Source: Armatimonadota bacterium
GTDB taxonomy: Bacteria; Armatimonadota; SYMT01
NCBI GenBank assembly: GCA_041690135.1
Contig: JAWLHY010000003.1
Coordinates: 480,001-544,000 of the forward strand
DNA: 64,000 nt
Direction: 5' to 3'
Part shown: in pieces, positions 40,607-49,893 of the stretch
Position numbering within the stretch: the stretch's first letter is position 1
How the letters are laid out: each line of letters starts with the position of its first letter
The notes under the pieces: generated by a model
What the model saw: the letters and a program-made list of their open reading frames with translations, nothing else
The model's database searches: none
What the model was told of the DNA's origin: nothing
Translations under genes and position numbers: made by a program

Positions 40607-43495
40607 ATGCAGTATCGTTCTGTCTCGAGTGCCCGCCCGCGCGCCTGCGTCGCCGCGCTCGTCCTGTGCGTCCTTCTGGCCCTGGTTTTCCAGGCCGGCA
40701 CCCGTTCCGCAGCGGCGGCGAATCCCCGCCAGATAGCACCGGCACCGGCGGCCGTGGCGGCAGCGGCAACGGGCCGGTTCGTGGATGGCGGTGACCTCGT
40801 GCGGGTACCGGACGCCCGGAGCCTGTACGCGGTGGACGGCAGCGGGCTGACCGCCGCGATCATCGACACAGGCGTGCGCACCTCGCACCAGGATTTTGCC
40901 GGGCGCGTGGTGGCCGAGGTCAATTTCACGGATGCGGACGGGGGGGATACTACCAACGCGACGGACGGCCACGGGCGCGGGACCCACGTCGCCGGGATCG
41001 TGGCGGCGAGCGGCGTGCACACCGGCATCGCTCCAGGCGCGCGGATCGCGGCGCTCCAGGCGCTGATGGACAGTTCAGCCGGAGACTTCGCGGCGGTCCG
41101 CGACGCGCTGGACTGGGTGATCGAGCACCGGGTCGTCCACAATATCGGGGTGGTCACCCTGGCCTTTGGAGACGGCGGCAACTACCGGGGCCTGGCCGCC
41201 GACGCGATTCAGACCCGGATCCGTGTACTGCGCGCCGCCGGGGTCGCGGTGTGTGCCGCTGCCGGCGACCGGTTCCACCCCTTCCGCAGCGCCCAGGGCA
41301 TGGCCTATCCCGCGGTGTTTCCCGAGACTGTGAGCGTGGGCGCCGTGTTCGATGTAGATCGGGGGCCGTTCAGCGACTCGAGCGGCGCTGCGGCCGCCTC
41401 GACCGGCGCCGGACGCCACTGCCCGTTCTCCCAGCGCCTGCATGAAGGCACGGCCCTGGCCGCCCGCACCGACCTGTTCGCGCCGGGGGCGGGGGTGACC
41501 GCGACCGGCATTGCCGGAGATACCGCTTCCGCGGTCGCGAGCGGAACGGCGCAGGCGACCGGTATGGTTGCCGGGGCGATCCTGCTGATGCAGGAGTACC
41601 ACCTCCGCCAGCGGGGTTCTCTTCCGTCCGTCGATCAGGTGGAGCGGTGGCTGCGGATGGGGGCCGCGACGACGGTAGACGGCGATGATGAAGAGGACAA
41701 CGTGGTCAACACTGGCCGGGCCTTCCTCCGGCTGGACCTGATGGGCGCCATGCTCGCGATGGAGCAGGAACTGAACGCCGGCTATCTCGTCACCGGAACG
41801 GTCACCCTGAACGGGGCCAGTTTGCCGGGGGTGGTGGTGAGCGGTGGTGGGAGAGCGGCCTCCACCGGCAGCGACGGTCGCTACACCCTCCGGGGCCTTG
41901 CCGCCGGCACCCACACCCTCACGGCGGCGCGGCCCAACTATCTTTTCGCTCCTTCGAGCCGCACGGTGACCGTGGACGCCAACGGAGCTTCCGGCGTCGA
42001 TTTCGCGGCCACCCAAACCGCCTACAGCATCAGCGGCACCGTAACGGCCGCGGGGGTGGGGCTGGCAGAGGTCACCGTGACCGCCGGCAGTACCGCCACG
42101 ACCACCGACAGCCACGGTCGCTACACGCTGAACGGAGTGGGAGCGGGCTCGTACCAGGTGACGGCGGCGCGTGACGGCTACCAGTTCCTGCCGCTGTCCC
42201 GAACCGTGACGGTGGCGCCCGACCGAGCTGGCATCGACTTCTACGGCACACCCATCCGGTACTCGGTCTCCGGGGTCGTGAAGCTGGAGGGCGACGGCCT
42301 GGCGGGGGTGACGGTGACCGCCGGCGGCCGGACCGCCGTCACGGATGAGGACGGCACGTACGCACTCGTGGAGCTGACTCACGGGACCTACACCCTGGCG
42401 GCCTCCCGCACCGGTTACCGGTTCACGCCGGCCACACGCTCGATCACCGCCGGGCCGGACCAGGAGCACGCGGATTTCACCGCCGTCCGCTACGGGCACA
42501 CGCTCCAGGGAACGATCACCCACGACGGTGAGGGACTCAAAGGGGTTACCGTGACCGCCGGCAGCCAGTCCGCCGTGACCGACAGCGACGGCCGGTACTT
42601 GCTGTATGAGTTGCTGGACGGGGAGCACACGGTAACCCCCAGCCGGAGCGAGTATCGCTTTGCGCCCGCGTCCCGAACGGTAACGGTGACCGCCGATACC
42701 GCCGACCTGGATTTTGCCGGTGAGGTCGTCACCTACCGCATCACGGGCCAGGTGCGGCAAGGCGCCGTGGGACTGGCGGGGATCGCGGTGATGGCCGGTG
42801 AGCAGTCGACGGTCACGGACGCGGAGGGCGGCTACGTACTCACAGGACTGTCGGCGGGTACTTACACCCTCCGCGCGCAGTCCGACCGCTTTGCCTTTGT
42901 GCCCTACACCCGCACCGTGACGGTGGGACCGGACCTGATAGGGAGCGATTTCGCGGCCACGTCCCTACTTTCGATTCGGGGTGCCGTGCGAGAGGGGGAG
43001 GTGGGTCTCCCCGGCGTGACGGTAACGGCGGGCGGCAATTCCACGGTAACGGGACCCGACGGGAAATACGAGCTCTCCGGGCTGGTGCCGCGGGATTACA
43101 CCGTGCGAGCCTTCCGGGAGGGCTACGAGTTCACTCCCGGTTCCCGGATGGTGGTACTGGAGGAGGACGACCACAACAGTCTCGACTTCGCCGCCGTGGC
43201 GGTACCGTACCTGGTGGCAATCCAGCCGCAAAAGCCGAGCATCACCTCCAACACCGGGCTCGCGGTGACCGTGGAGTTCAGTCGCAAGGTCTCGAAGCCG
43301 ACTGTGATCACGCTGACCAGCACCTCCCCTACGGTTCGCCTACCACGTCAGGTGCGAATCCCCAGGAACCGGAGTCGGGTGACGTTCCAGGTCCGGACCC
43401 GGCAGCTCTCCAGCGCGGAACGGGTGACCCTGAAGGCCACCTCCGGCGGCGTGACACGGGAAGCGACGATCACAGTGCAGCCGAAGCTGCGGTGA
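40607..43495 (+). CDS. Catalytically degenerate S8 subtilase paralog with the same architecture
   Basis: IDTG retained, but GRGTHVAG, AAGDR and SGTAQATG replace the His, Asn and Ser motifs; intact 962-aa ORF with signal peptide. Confidence 0.85.
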   Translation: MQYRSVSSARPRACVAALVLCVLLALVFQAGTRSAAAANPRQIAPAPAAVAAAATGRFVDGGDLVRVPDARSLYAVDGSGLTAAIIDTGVRTSHQDFAGRVVAEVNFTDADGGDTTNATDGHGRGTHVAGIVAASGVHTGIAPGARIAALQALMDSSAGDFAAVRDALDWVIEHRVVHNIGVVTLAFGDGGNYRGLAADAIQTRIRVLRAAGVAVCAAAGDRFHPFRSAQGMAYPAVFPETVSVGAVFDVDRGPFSDSSGAAAASTGAGRHCPFSQRLHEGTALAARTDLFAPGAGVTATGIAGDTASAVASGTAQATGMVAGAILLMQEYHLRQRGSLPSVDQVERWLRMGAATTVDGDDEEDNVVNTGRAFLRLDLMGAMLAMEQELNAGYLVTGTVTLNGASLPGVVVSGGGRAASTGSDGRYTLRGLAAGTHTLTAARPNYLFAPSSRTVTVDANGASGVDFAATQTAYSISGTVTAAGVGLAEVTVTAGSTATTTDSHGRYTLNGVGAGSYQVTAARDGYQFLPLSRTVTVAPDRAGIDFYGTPIRYSVSGVVKLEGDGLAGVTVTAGGRTAVTDEDGTYALVELTHGTYTLAASRTGYRFTPATRSITAGPDQEHADFTAVRYGHTLQGTITHDGEGLKGVTVTAGSQSAVTDSDGRYLLYELLDGEHTVTPSRSEYRFAPASRTVTVTADTADLDFAGEVVTYRITGQVRQGAVGLAGIAVMAGEQSTVTDAEGGYVLTGLSAGTYTLRAQSDRFAFVPYTRTVTVGPDLIGSDFAATSLLSIRGAVREGEVGLPGVTVTAGGNSTVTGPDGKYELSGLVPRDYTVRAFREGYEFTPGSRMVVLEEDDHNSLDFAAVAVPYLVAIQPQKPSITSNTGLAVTVEFSRKVSKPTVITLTSTSPTVRLPRQVRIPRNRSRVTFQVRTRQLSSAERVTLKATSGGVTREATITVQPKLR

Positions 43496-43517
43496 AGAGC
43501 GGGGAGTAGGAACCAAC

Positions 43518-43556
43518 GCCGAGAGGGACGGATCACGCGCGGTCGTCCCTCTCGGC
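43518..43556. terminator. Hairpin between convergent genes
   Basis: GCCGAGAGGGACG pairs with CGTCCCTCTCGGC (13-bp stem). Confidence 0.6.
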
Positions 43557-43598
43557 CCAAACCTCCGGACTGCGCCGTCCCGCACCGTGACGGAGTGG

Positions 43599-44117
43599 CT
43601 AAACTTCCAACTGCCGCCGGAAGGCTTCCAGGCTCTCGGTTTTCGCCGCCGCACGGTGGAGTTCTCGTAGTCGCGGCAGATCCGCAATTCCACGCACCGC
43701 TTCCTCCAGTTCATCCGGTACGGGACCGTGATCGATCTGGAGAATGTCCAGGACTGCTTCCTGTGCCTCAAGCATCCGGCCCTGCTGCTCGCCGATGCGC
43801 ATGCCCCTTCGCTCCCAGCTTGTTACGTACGGCATCCGGTTCTCCTTCTCCCAGGCATCCAGCTCTTTCCAGAAGCGATTCTCCAGCGGCTCCGGCAGGT
43901 TCAGGAACCAGTCCACCAGCCGCAGCAGCTCGAGCACGTCTTCCCGCGACAGGCCGCTCTGGTACAGTTCCTGAACCAACTCCATTTTACCCCGCAGCCG
44001 CCGGGAAGGCGACCGGCGCGTGCTCTGCGCGCGCCGGTGCGCCCGGATCACGGCCGCGATGGGATTGCGGCTGACCGCCAGTTCCGACTCATCCGCATAT
44101 TGCCCTTCACTGTTGAC
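43599..44117 (-). pseudogene. Truncated Rpn-like / DUF4351-type gene; C-terminal 78-aa ORF (43835-43599) intact
   Basis: SRNPIAAVIRAH...LLRLVDWFLNLPEPLE...MPYVTSWER is typical of the C-terminal half; no N-terminal nuclease part seen; internal ATG preceded by AAGGAG. 5' boundary approximate. Confidence 0.65.
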
Positions 44118-44227
44118 CCGTTGAGGGCGAATCGAGCCGAGTCGTATAGACAACAAAGGGAATGTGACGCCCGGTGACCTAAGGAAGAACAGTCGCGTCC
44201 CTTTACGCCTGCGAGAGGAGCCCACCG

Positions 44228-46735
44228 ATGCGCCCCGGCAAGCGAGGTAAGTTTCCACCTGAAGTCCGTCTCCCGGCGATGGTCTTCACCTGCGCCCTGG
44301 TGGGAGGGGGTCTGGCCCTATCGGCTTCCACGGCTGCCGCGCCCCCGCCAGCCCCCACCCGAGCCTTGAGTGATGTCTTTGTAGGGGGCGAGGGAGGCTA
44401 CCGGTTCTACCGCATCCCGGCGCTCGCTACGACTTCCCAGGGCACCCTGCTCGCCTTCTGCGAGGGCCGCAAGACCAGCGCGGCGGACCACGGCGACATC
44501 GACCTGGTGTTGAAGCGCAGCACGGATGGCGGCGTTACCTGGTCGGCGCTGCAGGTGGTCCACGAAGAGGGCGGGCACGACCCGATCACTATCGGCAACC
44601 CGTGCGTCATCGCTGCCCGGGACGGCGCCGTCCACCTCCTCCTCTGCCAGAACAACCGGCGGGCGTTCTACCTGAAGAGCGCGGACGACGGGCGCACCTT
44701 TTCTCCGCCGCGGGAGATCACGGAGACCTTCCGCGGTTTCCGCTTCCCCTGGACGCGCCTGGCGACCGGCCCCGGCCATGGCCTCCACTCTTCGGCGGGA
44801 AACCTGGTGGCGCCGGTCTGGCTGAATGACCGGATCGGGCAGAACTATCGCGCCGGCGTGATCGTGAGCGAGGATGGGGGGCAAACCTGGAAGGCCGGGG
44901 GACTGATCGAGGGCGGCGACGGAACGCTGAACGAGTGCACCATCGCGGAGACCTCGGGCGGGGTCCTCATCCTGAACGCTCGCAGCCGGACGCCCCACCG
45001 GACCACCGCCTGGAGCGAGGACGGGGGGCGAACCTGGGCGCGGGTGCGGAAGGAGACGCAGCCGGCCACCATCTGCCAGGGCAGTCTGCTCCACCTACCG
45101 GGCGACACCGGCCGCGGCCTCTTCACCCTTCCCGGTGGGCCGGACCGGCGGAACGTGACGCTCTGGTCCGACACGCCGAACGGGGTGGGATGGATACCCC
45201 AGCGTCTCCTCCACCTCGGGCCGGGGGGCTATTCCGACCTGGCGCTCCTGCCGGACGGCCGCGTGGCGTGCCTCTTCGAGCGTGGAGAAAAGCTGTATCA
45301 CGAACGGCTCTCCCTGGCGGTCTTCGACGTCCCGGCCGAAGTACGCCTCAAGCGGGAAAGCTTTGACCGGGATCCCGGCTGGGACGGTCGCAACCACCGT
45401 GCCCCAGGGGAGGCGCGGGAGTTGCGGCAGGACTTCGGTTACAGCACGACCTCGCACGCGGGTGGCGGGAAAGGGGAGGTGGGCGGTTTCATCACCCCGG
45501 CCGGAGAACCCGCCTACTACGGGAAGCCGATTGCGCCGCTGACCTTTAAGCAGCCCTTCTCCGCCTCCGGTCGGTTGGCCGTAGACGAAGGGGCGGGGAA
45601 CACCCTGCTCGGGTTCTTCAATGCCGGGACCACCAACGAGTGGCGGACCCCCAGTACCCTCATCTTCCGCATCAACGGGCGAGGCGCCGGCTTTCATCCC
45701 CACGTCGAGTACTGCACCGCGAAGTGGCGTGCCGGCGGCTATTTCTATGCGGTGAAGAACCCGGAGACCGGCAGGAACGACGTGCGCGAGTTCCCGAGCG
45801 GGCAGCGAGTCTACGCCTGGTCGCTGGCCTACGATCCGACCGGTGCGGAAGGCCGGGGGCGGATCACCGCGACATTGAACGGTGAGACGCTCCACCTCGA
45901 CCTGGACCCGGGTCACCAGGCCGACGGCGCGACCTTCAACCGGTTCGGAGTTCTGAACGTGAACAAGAGTGCGGATAGCGGCGGTTCGCTCTGGATCGAT
46001 GACCTGGTGCTGAACGGCACTCGCGAGTCATTCGACCGGGACCCCGGCTGGGAGGGCCACCGGAACCGCCTCGTCTACCGCACCCGGAACATCCGGCCGG
46101 TGTTCGATTTCGGCTTTAGCCCCACGCACCATGCCGGTGGTAAGGCCGAGGGAGAGCTCGGCGGGCTGATCTTCCGTGGCGACGAGCGCTACCCCGAGCG
46201 GATGGCCTACTATGGCGACCGGACGGGCGACCTGAGCCTGGAGCAGCCGCTGAAGGCCTCCGGCAAGATCACCCTGCGCCGCGGCGTGACGGACAGCACC
46301 GTCCTCTTCGGCTTCTTCCACTCCCAGGGGAGTATGCAGCCGAGCCAGGCACAACGCTCCGGCTTCCCTGAGAACTTCCTGGGCGCTGCGGTCGAGGGAC
46401 CCAGCAGCGAGGGATTCTACCTGTATCCCGCTTACGGCGTGGACCGCGACTCTGAATATCGCGATGGGGTCCACAGCCGTGCCGAGGGTTCCGTGCTGCC
46501 CCGGATCTATCCGGACGGCGCTACCCACGACTGGTCCCTGGAGTACGTGCCGGCCCCAGACGGCGGCGGCCGGATTACCGTCACTCTCGACGGCGCCCGC
46601 ACCTACCTGGAGCTCACCCCCGAACACCGCAAAATTGGCGCGAAGTTCGACCGCTTCGGCATTGTCACCACCCATATCGACGGCAACGGCCAGCAGGTCT
46701 ACTGGGACGACCTGGTCTACACGGTGCGGAAATAG
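44228..46735 (+). CDS. Sialidase (GH33-like) fused to an internally duplicated C-terminal domain
   Basis: FYRIP motif; Asp boxes STDGGVTW, SADDGRTF, SEDGGQTW, SEDGGRTW; GYS; two RESFDRDPGW repeats. Confidence 0.85.
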   Translation: MRPGKRGKFPPEVRLPAMVFTCALVGGGLALSASTAAAPPPAPTRALSDVFVGGEGGYRFYRIPALATTSQGTLLAFCEGRKTSAADHGDIDLVLKRSTDGGVTWSALQVVHEEGGHDPITIGNPCVIAARDGAVHLLLCQNNRRAFYLKSADDGRTFSPPREITETFRGFRFPWTRLATGPGHGLHSSAGNLVAPVWLNDRIGQNYRAGVIVSEDGGQTWKAGGLIEGGDGTLNECTIAETSGGVLILNARSRTPHRTTAWSEDGGRTWARVRKETQPATICQGSLLHLPGDTGRGLFTLPGGPDRRNVTLWSDTPNGVGWIPQRLLHLGPGGYSDLALLPDGRVACLFERGEKLYHERLSLAVFDVPAEVRLKRESFDRDPGWDGRNHRAPGEARELRQDFGYSTTSHAGGGKGEVGGFITPAGEPAYYGKPIAPLTFKQPFSASGRLAVDEGAGNTLLGFFNAGTTNEWRTPSTLIFRINGRGAGFHPHVEYCTAKWRAGGYFYAVKNPETGRNDVREFPSGQRVYAWSLAYDPTGAEGRGRITATLNGETLHLDLDPGHQADGATFNRFGVLNVNKSADSGGSLWIDDLVLNGTRESFDRDPGWEGHRNRLVYRTRNIRPVFDFGFSPTHHAGGKAEGELGGLIFRGDERYPERMAYYGDRTGDLSLEQPLKASGKITLRRGVTDSTVLFGFFHSQGSMQPSQAQRSGFPENFLGAAVEGPSSEGFYLYPAYGVDRDSEYRDGVHSRAEGSVLPRIYPDGATHDWSLEYVPAPDGGGRITVTLDGARTYLELTPEHRKIGAKFDRFGIVTTHIDGNGQQVYWDDLVYTVRK

Positions 46736-47865
46736 TGGGACGACGCACCCGAGAACTGATATTGGCGGCGGTCCTCATCGGCGGCCTCGGCTGGGGCGTG
46801 TATGCCCCGGTGTATCAAGCCTTCGTCCTGACCCCCGCCATGGCCCGCGCCGTGAAAAAGATGGATTCTGCGGCGATTCGCCGGCTTGCGCTCGACGGTG
46901 CTGACGTAAACCTAGCGGCCGGTGCACGAAACGGCGGTTACCCGCTCAATAGCCCGCTGCGTATTGCCGTGGGAGTGGGGGATGCGGCGACGCTTCGGGT
47001 GCTGATCGAGCGAGGAGCCGACATTCACCGGCTAGCAGAGGGCGAGCCCCCGCTGCTCATTCATGCCGCCGCCACCGGTATTCCGGAAACCGTTGAGATC
47101 CTCCTGAACGCAGGCGCCGACGTCAAGGCGCTAGACGTCGGCGGGGGAACGGCCTTGACCGCGGCCGTCGATGCTGCCTATGCGGTGGGGAAAGAGCAAA
47201 GCATCCGGCTGGTGGAGTTGCTACTTCGGCGCGGGGCGGATCCACACGTTATTCCAGAGGATGACTTCACGGCCCTGGCGCGTGCGGAAGAAGGGGGGCA
47301 TGCGGCGATTGCCCGGATTCTCCGAGCGACGGGTAGCCCCGACAGAGACGAGTGTCTCGACCGGATCGCCGCCAAGGGGCCTCTTTATGCGGTCCGCAGC
47401 GGCAAGTTCGGTGCGGTAAAGCGTCTGGTACGTAAGGGCGTCTCCTTCCGGGTGCGAGATGAAGAGGGAACTACCTTGACTGCGGCGGCCAAGGATTGGG
47501 CCGGATCATTGCTCCCCTATCTCCTGAAACACGCCCGGGGAATCGATCGTGCCTTTCTCAATGAACACGAGGGGCGAGGCTTTGGGGATACGCCGCTCAC
47601 CGCGACCGCCCGGCGGGGTTGCCTGCAGTACGTCAAAGTTCTCCTGGCGGCCGGGGCCGACCCGAACCTGCCGAACGCGTGGGGCCATACAGCGCTTCAC
47701 CGCGTGGCGATGATAGGGGATTTGGCGATTGCCCGCCAGTTGCTCGCGTCCCGTGCCGAGGTCAATGTAAGAGACGAGCAGGGACGCACCCCGCTTCACT
47801 GGGCTATTCAAGCCCGCCATCGGCCGATGGAGAAACTTCTGCGCGCCGCTGGCGCCGCGGATTGA
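46735..47865 (+). CDS. Membrane-anchored ankyrin repeat protein
   Basis: N-terminal hydrophobic segment; GADVN, GDTPL, GHTALH, GRTPLHWA repeats; GTG start overlaps the previous stop. Confidence 0.85.
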   Translation: MGRRTRELILAAVLIGGLGWGVYAPVYQAFVLTPAMARAVKKMDSAAIRRLALDGADVNLAAGARNGGYPLNSPLRIAVGVGDAATLRVLIERGADIHRLAEGEPPLLIHAAATGIPETVEILLNAGADVKALDVGGGTALTAAVDAAYAVGKEQSIRLVELLLRRGADPHVIPEDDFTALARAEEGGHAAIARILRATGSPDRDECLDRIAAKGPLYAVRSGKFGAVKRLVRKGVSFRVRDEEGTTLTAAAKDWAGSLLPYLLKHARGIDRAFLNEHEGRGFGDTPLTATARRGCLQYVKVLLAAGADPNLPNAWGHTALHRVAMIGDLAIARQLLASRAEVNVRDEQGRTPLHWAIQARHRPMEKLLRAAGAAD

Positions 47866-47890
47866 TGGGCTGAACGCCCAATGCCCCCTC

Positions 47891-47919
47891 TGGCATTAAC
47901 TCCCCCAATGTGATACAGT
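47891..47919 (+). promoter_or_regulatory. Putative sigma70 promoter upstream of the DEAD-box gene
   Basis: TGGCAT-17 bp-TACAGT with extended -10 TG. Confidence 0.45.
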
Positions 47920-48339
47920 AGGGGCGTCAGTTTCAGAATTGAGTTCGTAGAGCATTAACGTTCCGGAAGCCAACGCCTGCCGCTGCCGTTTCCACGCAGC
48001 CGGGCTCCCCCCGATTGCCTTCTGCAGCCTCACCGCCTCGGACCCCCTTTCTGTTCCTGCCCCCAGCGGCGGGGGATGGACGCCGCCCCTAGACACCGGT
48101 GCTTGTCCGGTGCGACCCACTTCCCGAACGGTCCCAAGGACCGGGAGGAGTGGGAGAATGGAAGCCCGCGCGAGATGTGCCGGGAGTCCATGCAGGGCGA
48201 AGGAAAGTGGGATCGCACCCGGACGCGGGCATTGTCTCGTCCTGCGTTTCCCCCTTGTGCTTCGCCTCGCCGTTCTCCCGTTCTCCAGATCCGGAAGCGC
48301 GGACCCGCATCGCGAGCGCCGCGAGAGTAGAACGAGAAC

Positions 48340-49815
48340 ATGTCCTTTACAGAACTGGGTCTCCACCCGTCCTTGCTGCGGGCGGTGGAAGACCTCGGCT
48401 TCGTCAAGCCGACCCCGATCCAGAGCAGCGCCATTCCCGCGGGCCTCGAAGGCCGCGACCTTCTGGGCTGCGCGGAGACCGGCAACGGTAAGACGGCCGC
48501 TTTCCTGCTGCCGATCCTGCAGCGGCTGATCGGCAAGCCGCGCGGCAAGACCCGCGCGCTGATCCTGGCGCCGACCCGCGAGTTGGCGGCCCAGATCGAA
48601 GAGCACCTGCAGTGGTTGGCTAAACATACCCCCATCAAGGGCGCGGCCGTATTCGGCGGCGTCGGCATGGGGCCGCAGGTCGAGGCGTTCCGGCGCGGCG
48701 TCGACGTGATCGTCGCCACTCCCGGCCGCCTGCTGGACCACTTCCAGCACCCGTATGCGAACCTGGACGGGCTGGAAGTCCTCGTCCTGGACGAGGCGGA
48801 CCGCATGCTCGACATGGGCTTCCTTCCGGATATCCGCAAGGTGCTGCGTCACCTGCCGAAGGAGCGCCAGACGATGCTCTTCTCGGCTACCATGCCGGCG
48901 CCGATCGTGGAACTCTCTCGGGAAATGCTGCACGATCCGGCCCGCCTGAACGTGGAACGCAAGGCGAAGGCCGCCGCGGGAATCTCCCACGGCGCCTATC
49001 CGGTGGCGCAGACGCTCAAGTCGCCGCTGCTGCTGCACCTGCTGCAGAGCCATGAGATGGAGAGCGTCGTCGTCTTCACCCGTACGAAGCACCGGGCGAA
49101 CCGGTTGGCGGACTACCTGGAGAAGCATGGCATCTCTGCCGCGCGGATCCACGGCAACCGCAGCCAGGCGCAGCGGACCGCCGCCCTCGGCGGGTTCAAG
49201 AAGGGCGAGTTCCGGGTCCTGGTGGCCACGGACATCGCCGCCCGCGGGATCGACGTGGAAGCGCTGAGCCACGTGGTGAACTTCGACGTGCCGCACGTGC
49301 CGGAGGATTACATCCACCGCTCGGGCCGCACCGCCCGCGCCGAGGCGACCGGGGATGCCTTCACCTTCGTGTCGCCCGACGAAGAGGCGGACTTCCGCCA
49401 GATCGAGAAGGCGCTGGGGATGAAGATCAACCGCCTGCAGGCGCAGGGGTTCGATTACAACAAAGTCCAGGAAGAGCAGCCGGAGCGTCCGCTGGGCGAG
49501 CGGATCGCCGAAATCCGCGCCCGCAAGGCGGAAGAGCGCGCCCGTGCCGCGGAAAAGGCCGCTCGCAAAGCCGCCCGTCAGGCCGATGAGGCCGCCGGGG
49601 TAGCCGCGAAGGCCGCCGCGCCCCGGCGTGCGGGACAGGGCGGCGGTCCGAATGGACCGAAGCCGGGTCCTCGTCCCGGACCCCAGCCCGCCGGCCGTCC
49701 GGCTAAGCCGGTGGCTCGCCCCGCCCACGAGGGCCGAGGCAGTGCCGCGCCCGCCCCGCGCCCCGCGGTGCAGACGGGCCCGCCGCCCCGGTTCCGCCCG
49801 GTACGCGGGAACTAA
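48340..49815 (+). CDS. DEAD-box RNA helicase (RhlE-like)
   Basis: Q motif PTPIQ, TGNGKT, PTRELA, TPGRL, DEAD, SAT, ARGID, HRSGRTAR; basic Pro/Ala-rich tail. Confidence 0.95.
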   Translation: MSFTELGLHPSLLRAVEDLGFVKPTPIQSSAIPAGLEGRDLLGCAETGNGKTAAFLLPILQRLIGKPRGKTRALILAPTRELAAQIEEHLQWLAKHTPIKGAAVFGGVGMGPQVEAFRRGVDVIVATPGRLLDHFQHPYANLDGLEVLVLDEADRMLDMGFLPDIRKVLRHLPKERQTMLFSATMPAPIVELSREMLHDPARLNVERKAKAAAGISHGAYPVAQTLKSPLLLHLLQSHEMESVVVFTRTKHRANRLADYLEKHGISAARIHGNRSQAQRTAALGGFKKGEFRVLVATDIAARGIDVEALSHVVNFDVPHVPEDYIHRSGRTARAEATGDAFTFVSPDEEADFRQIEKALGMKINRLQAQGFDYNKVQEEQPERPLGERIAEIRARKAEERARAAEKAARKAARQADEAAGVAAKAAAPRRAGQGGGPNGPKPGPRPGPQPAGRPAKPVARPAHEGRGSAAPAPRPAVQTGPPPRFRPVRGN

Positions 49816-49841
49816 CTTGTCCTCCCGGGCATTCCCATCCG

Positions 49842-49878
49842 AACCGGCCCGTTCCTAGCGAACGGGCCGGTTTTCTTT
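49842..49878 (+). terminator. Rho-independent terminator
   Basis: AACCGGCCCGTTC-ctagc-GAACGGGCCGGTT followed by TTCTTT. Confidence 0.85.
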
Positions 49879-49893
49879 ATGTAAAGGCACGCT

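Noticed and set aside
38800-43200. Repeated DNA within the two S8 genes as a mobile or DGR-type repeat
   Set aside because: Explained by diverged ~79-aa protein domain repeats; no adenine-specific TR/VR pattern noticed and no reverse transcriptase in the window.
48472-48495. DEAD-box motif I variant AETGNGKT
   Set aside because: Single substitution at a variable P-loop position; GKT and all other motifs are intact.
47896-49728. 610-aa minus-strand ORF opposite the DEAD-box gene
   Set aside because: Antisense shadow of a conserved helicase; no independent evidence.
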